Below are positions 59,799 to 64,000 of a stretch of DNA of 64,000 nt, piece by piece (position 1 is the first letter of the stretch; the number at the start of each line of letters is the position of its first letter). Location: NCBI GenBank assembly GCA_965215605.1, contig OZ244070.1, positions 288,001 to 352,000 of the forward strand, read 5' to 3'. Position numbers and translations under genes: made by a program. The stretch is from an uncultured Candidatus Binatia bacterium. GTDB taxonomy: Bacteria > Desulfobacterota > Binatia > UBA9968 > JAJDTQ01. The notes beneath the pieces were generated by a model that saw nothing but the letters and a program-made list of their open reading frames with translations, had not been told where the DNA came from and did not search any database.

Positions 59799-60447
59799 AT
59801 GGGTCAAGGACAACCACCACTGCTTGGGCCTATCGCCAACACCGAGGGTATGCGGAAGGCGGAGTACGCTAAGCGGCGAAGAGCCTATAATGAAGAAACC
59901 TTCCCCTACGCGTTGCAAGCAGAAAAGGAACAAGCGGGGTGGACGGTCGCGCGTGAGAACAAAACCTCGGTGCGGATGCGAATTCCCAAGAAAGCGGACG
60001 AGATCCTCGAGAACCGCTTTTGGAATGTATTGTATGGGTTCGGTTACGATGAGTTAAATGCTGGCCGTCAATTCAAGGTTTCGGTTTCGAAAACGGAACC
60101 GTCGCTATCTAAACAGATCGACGTGTTCGGAAAGGACCTTGAGACCGTCGTCGTCGCCGAGTGCAAGACCTCTCTAGAGCGTGGGAAAAAGAGCCTTCAG
60201 TTAGAACTCAGTGAATTTGCCGGTTTGCAGAAGGCGATCGCCGATTCTGTACGCAAGCACTACGGCGGGAAGTTCAACCCGAAGATCATTTGGTTCTTCG
60301 TCACTGACAAAATCCAATGGATTGACAACGACCTGAAGCGTGCACGTGAATTCAACATCCACGTCGTTCAGGCACGTGAACTTTTGTACTTGGAAGAGGT
60401 CTCAAAAAAGCTCGGCGCCGCGGCTCGATACCAATTCCAAGCAGAGT
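59799..60447 (+). pseudogene. 5' part of a DGQHR-domain protein gene (N-terminal PD-(D/E)xK nuclease-like domain), truncated by an IS
   Basis: ENRFWNVLY..GY..LN, KQIDVFGKD..TVVVAECK, LGAAARYQFQAE, then the IS terminus at 60448; AT-richer than the backbone. Confidence 0.65.
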
Positions 60448-60557
60448 TGAGGTGGTCCTGGTTTGTAGGACAGGAAGGCGGCGGAGATAAGGTGTATTCC
60501 AGACGTTCGATCATGCCGCCAAGGTGCCGTTTATCACGTCATCGTGTTCCGATGGAA
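60448..60557 (-). mobile_element. 110-bp terminal fragment of a sibling IS3 copy
   Basis: Near-identical to 60558-60667 (two substitutions seen); starts with the IR TGAGGTGGTCCTGG. Confidence 0.9.
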
Positions 60558-60620
60558 TGAGGTGGTCCTGGTTTGTAGGACAGGAAGGCGGCGGAGATAA
60601 GGTGTATTCCAGACGTTCGA

Positions 60621-61544
60621 TCATGCCGCCAAGGTCCCGTTTATCACGTCTTCGTGTTCCGATGGAACTGACAGAGGGGCGGGCGGGGTGTGAGGTCCGG
60701 CCTGCCTCTTGAGTCCTCGTTCGTAGGCCTCGGCCGGGGTGGAGCCGGCGAGGGCGGAATGAGGCCTTTGGGTGTTGTAGAAGTGGAGCCAGTTGGCGAT
60801 GGTCCTTTGGGCGGCGAAGCCGTCCGAGAGCTCGTGCAGGTAGACGGCCTCGTACTTGAGGGAGCGCCACAGGCGCTCGATGAAGATGTTGTCCATGCAC
60901 CGGCCCCTGCCGTCCATGGAGATGGCGACGCCGGCGTCCTTGAGCACGGAGGTGAACTCCAGGCTGGTGAACTGGCTGCCCTGGTCGGTGTTGAAGATCT
61001 CGGGAGGGCCGTAGCGTTCCAGAGCCTCTGAGAGGGCCTCGACACAGAAGCGGGCATCGAGGGTGTTCGACAGCCTCCAGGAGAGCACCCGGCGGGTGGC
61101 CCAGTCCATCACCGCCACCAGGTACAGGAAGCCCTTCTGGACAGGGATATAGGTGATGTCGGAGGTCCACGCGTGATTGGGCCGTTCGATGGCGACCCCC
61201 TTGAGCCGATAGGGGTAGACCCGGTGCTCGGGATGCGGTCGGGTGGTCCGCGGCGCCTGGTAGATGGCCTGGAGACCCATCAGGCGCATCAGACGCCGCA
61301 CCCGGTGACGACCCACACGGTCGCCCTCCCGCCACAGATGGCGGACCATCTGGCGGCTGCCGTAGAAGGGGTACTCCAGGAACAGCTTGTCGATCCGGCG
61401 CATCAGCGCCAGATTCTCCGCGCTCTCGCCCTTGGGCCTGTGGTACACGGAGGATCGACTCACTCGAAGCAGATGGCATTGACGGCTCAAGCTGAGCTTG
61501 GGATGGCCGGGCTCGATCATCCCCCGGCGCTTCTCCCGGCTCAC
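60621..61544 (-). CDS. IS3 transposase OrfB (DDE)
   Basis: WTSDITY, NTDQGSQF, DNIFIERLWRSLKYE, YNTQRPHS; GTGA overlap with orfA and a T-TTT-TTG slippery site near 61563-61568. Confidence 0.93.
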   Translation of the reverse strand: MSREKRRGMIEPGHPKLSLSRQCHLLRVSRSSVYHRPKGESAENLALMRRIDKLFLEYPFYGSRQMVRHLWREGDRVGRHRVRRLMRLMGLQAIYQAPRTTRPHPEHRVYPYRLKGVAIERPNHAWTSDITYIPVQKGFLYLVAVMDWATRRVLSWRLSNTLDARFCVEALSEALERYGPPEIFNTDQGSQFTSLEFTSVLKDAGVAISMDGRGRCMDNIFIERLWRSLKYEAVYLHELSDGFAAQRTIANWLHFYNTQRPHSALAGSTPAEAYERGLKRQAGPHTPPAPLSVPSEHEDVINGTLAA

Positions 61545-61822
61545 CACTTGAGCCCTTTGGCCAAAAAATCCCGCTCCACCGTCAACTCCCCGATCTTCGC
61601 GTGCAGGTCCCGAACCTCCCCCTCGTGGTCGCCCCTCGTCCGCTCCGCACCCTTCGTGAAAACCTCCTTCATCCCCTCCACCGCACGCTGCTTCCACGTG
61701 CTCACCTGGTTCGGATGAACCTTGTGCCGCACAGCGATCTCCTGGATCGTCTTGTCCCCCCGCAGCGCCTCCAGCGCCACCTTCGCCTTGAACTCTCCGC
61801 TGAACCTTCGTCGTGTGCTCAT
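61541..61822 (-). CDS. IS3 transposase OrfA (HTH)
   Basis: RRFSGEFKAKVALEAL, VHPNQVSTWK, KIGELTVERDFL. Confidence 0.93.
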   Translation of the reverse strand: MSTRRRFSGEFKAKVALEALRGDKTIQEIAVRHKVHPNQVSTWKQRAVEGMKEVFTKGAERTRGDHEGEVRDLHAKIGELTVERDFLAKGLKW

Positions 61823-61889
61823 TGCGTATCCCTCCCTAAGTCGGTGGAATACACCTTAGTAACCTGTCCGATTTTCCAGGACCACCTCA

Positions 61890-62504
61890 GACGAGGACGA
61901 CGACGGCGCTACCTATGCCAGCCAAACCAGCAATACGAACACCGACACGGGAACATCAACGGATGAAGACAGTGGTTGGAGTCACCATGATCAGCAAGAT
62001 CAGGACTTCTTTCCGGATGAGGACGCTCCGACTACGGACCCGCCAGTCCCGATAGAAGACGAGGACGACCCACTGCCTGAGCAAGTACTCAGGAACGCCG
62101 GATTTGACATAAAACCTGACTACCCATCCACGCCTAAAGATGAGACTGCCGTGGTCTCCTACTTGTCCTCGGAGATTCTGGAGGTTGTCCCCATCGTCAA
62201 GGAAGTCTTCGAAAGACACGAAGTACCGGTCACAATAACGTCAGGTACAGACGGCGCCCACGGAGCTACTTCGTGGCATTACAGTGGCGATGCAATCGAC
62301 ATAAGAGCGAATCACATTAGTGACGGGAAGGCAACGGAAGTGGCAGCGGACCTAAAAGCAGCACTGGCAGAACGTCTGGGGAGCCAATACTATGCGGAAT
62401 TCGAGAAGTACCCTGAGGCCAAGGAAGCCAACGATCACTTCCACATCGAATATGATATCACCGAAAGCCGGGACGCTCCCAGTCGTGACCAGCGCATTGA
62501 CTAG
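61890..62504 (+). pseudogene. 3' remnant of a gene ending in a peptidase M15-like (LAS) domain
   Basis: Frame is open from the IS end: acidic linker DEDDDG.., then ITSG.DG.H...SWHYSGDAIDIR and DHFHIEY Zn motifs. Confidence 0.75.
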
Positions 62505-62979
62505 AGCGATTCTCCTGTTCTTCCTTGTGCTGGGGGTTCTGACGCCGTCCACCCTGTTGGCGGAGAGCTGTGCCGAGTACGCCGCCGGCCGGGTGCGCGA
62601 CACCCCGCACGATCGCAAGGCACATTGGTTGTTCTCGAACGAGTCCATATACGCAGCCGGCGATTTCGACGGCGACGGCCGCAGGGACGAAGCCTTCTTC
62701 AGCAAACGCGCCGGAGAATACCATCTGGTAGCTTGCCTGAACGACGGCAAGGAGGCGTTCAAGCTGTATAAAGTCCCTTATGTGACTGAAAGGTTCCTGT
62801 ATGCGATTCCGCCCGACATCTACCTTTCCGCCTGCGCCAAGGGATATGCGTCGGGTTGCAATGAGGACGACCTGGCTGAAGTCGAGTTGGAACACGACGC
62901 CATCATGCTCATCCTAAACGCCGGGGTGATCTTCTACTGGGCGAATGGAGACTTCAGGAAGGTTTGGATATCTGGCTAG
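62497..62979 (+). CDS. Exported hypothetical protein with a GDFDGDG (FG-GAP/Ca-binding-like) motif; candidate immunity protein
   Basis: TTG start overlaps the upstream stop; signal peptide RAILLFFLVLGVLTPSTLLA; several Cys. Confidence 0.7.
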   Translation: MTRAILLFFLVLGVLTPSTLLAESCAEYAAGRVRDTPHDRKAHWLFSNESIYAAGDFDGDGRRDEAFFSKRAGEYHLVACLNDGKEAFKLYKVPYVTERFLYAIPPDIYLSACAKGYASGCNEDDLAEVELEHDAIMLILNAGVIFYWANGDFRKVWISG

Positions 62980-63103
62980 AACGTTCGCACATGTCGAACA
63001 GCAGACCGCCGGTATAGACGCTTGACAGCCGTTGGCGGCAAGCCGTTTTCGGGTTCGCGGCACGACCGATTTCCTTGCCATCGTTCCGGACCAGGAGGGG
63101 CCA

Positions 63104-64000
63104 ATGCCTAACCTTTTTTGTCGTTCCAAGACTGTTCTCTTCGCCGCCCTCTTGTGCCTGGGCGTAGGCAACGTCGCTGTGGCCAGCGACGCCTCGCTGC
63201 CGTTCCGGGGCGTTGCCGCAGCCGCCGCCGCGGTTCAGCCGGGAGTGAAGGCGCCTGCCTCGTTCTTCGTCGACTGTCCTCTGTGTCCCCAAATGGCGAT
63301 AGTGCCAGCGGGCGCGTTCATCATGGGAGAAGCCGATGGGAAGACCAAGCGGCTCGGCCCTCGACGCCGGGTGCGCATTGCGCGACCCTTTGCGGTGGGC
63401 CGGCTGGAAGTGACCTTCACCCAGTGGAAGGCATGCGTCGAGGCCGGCGGCTGTAGCTCGCTTACTTACAGGGAATCGGTCCGCAACTATCGGCTGAAAA
63501 AGGAAGACCCGGCCCTGTACCGCGCCCCCGTCATGACCGTGAACTGGAAGCAGGCCAAGTCGTATGTCCGGTGGCTCAGCCGTCTGACCGGGCAACACTA
63601 CCGGCTCCTGAGCGAGGCGGAGTGGGAATACGCGGCCCGCGCAGGGACCACCACACGCTGGTTCTGCGGCGACAGTCCTTCGTGTCTGGACAGGGTGGCC
63701 TGGTATGCGGCCAACAGCGGCAACTGGGCGCAGCCTGTCGGCAGCAAGGAGGCCAACCCGTGGGGGCTTCATGACGTTCACGGGAACGCCTGGGAATGGG
63801 TGGAGGACTGCTGGCGCCCGGACTATCGCGGCGCACCGTCGGACGGCAGGGCAGCGACAGCTACGGGGAACTGTGATTGGCGTGTGCTGCGCGGGGGCTC
63901 GTGGGGAAGCACGGCCTGGACGCTGCGTATCGCCAACCGCTTCGGTATCAGTACCCACAGGGGAGCCCTCACGTTCGGATTCCGTGTGGCCCGCACGCTG
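63104..64000 (+). CDS. Formylglycine-generating enzyme (SUMF1/FGE-sulfatase) domain protein, runs to the window end
   Basis: AGGAGG RBS, signal peptide, DCPLCPQM, YRLLSEAEWEYAARAG, NPWGLHDVHGNAWEW, VLRGGSW, GFRVARTL; missing from the ORF track because no stop lies in the window. Confidence 0.92.
   Translation, partial: MPNLFCRSKTVLFAALLCLGVGNVAVASDASLPFRGVAAAAAAVQPGVKAPASFFVDCPLCPQMAIVPAGAFIMGEADGKTKRLGPRRRVRIARPFAVGRLEVTFTQWKACVEAGGCSSLTYRESVRNYRLKKEDPALYRAPVMTVNWKQAKSYVRWLSRLTGQHYRLLSEAEWEYAARAGTTTRWFCGDSPSCLDRVAWYAANSGNWAQPVGSKEANPWGLHDVHGNAWEWVEDCWRPDYRGAPSDGRAATATGNCDWRVLRGGSWGSTAWTLRIANRFGISTHRGALTFGFRVARTL

Larger units (their letters stand above)
60558..61889 (-). mobile_element. IS3-family insertion sequence
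   Basis: TG...CA ends, IRs TGAGGTGGTCCTGGtttgtaGGACA / TGAGGTGGTCCTGGaaaatcGGACA, orfA plus orfB; no target duplication. Confidence 0.95.

Noticed and set aside
62954-63958. 334-aa minus-strand ORF
   Set aside because: It is the shadow of the plus-strand FGE-domain gene starting at 63104.

Overview
This is a GC-rich bacterial chromosomal window with about 60 genes. I recognised no rRNA, tRNA or cas genes. The gene content (many amidohydrolases, bicupins, UbiDs, a tripartite tricarboxylate transporter, pspFABC) resembles uncultured Deltaproteobacteria/Binatota-type organisms; that assignment is inference only. 1-28 kb: mixed housekeeping, stress and envelope genes (acyl-CoA ligase, queG, apaH, tag, alkA, macAB, manC, GSTs, sigma54-driven pspFABC). 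27-60 kb: a large uncharacterised region that looks catabolic for aromatic or N-heterocyclic acids. It holds a 10-gene minus-strand operon (CmcJ/NvfI-like oxygenase, tandem RidA, DapA-like aldolase, heme-oxygenase-like diiron enzyme, gentisate-dioxygenase-like cupin, UbiD / PhtD-like / UbiD, GST, flavoprotein). It also holds three more bicupins, three amidohydrolases, two NahE/PhdJ-like hydratase-aldolases, TctABC and a hydantoinase A/B/gamma trio. 59.7-64 kb: an AT-richer accessory zone. An IS3 inserted into a sibling IS end separates a truncated DGQHR-type gene from a 5'-truncated gene ending in an M15 peptidase domain, which is followed by a secreted candidate immunity protein. Several gene remnants (hydantoinase B, Fic, possibly SWIM) and non-coding hairpin/repeat elements are also visible. 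All family calls come from reading motifs by eye, not from database searches.
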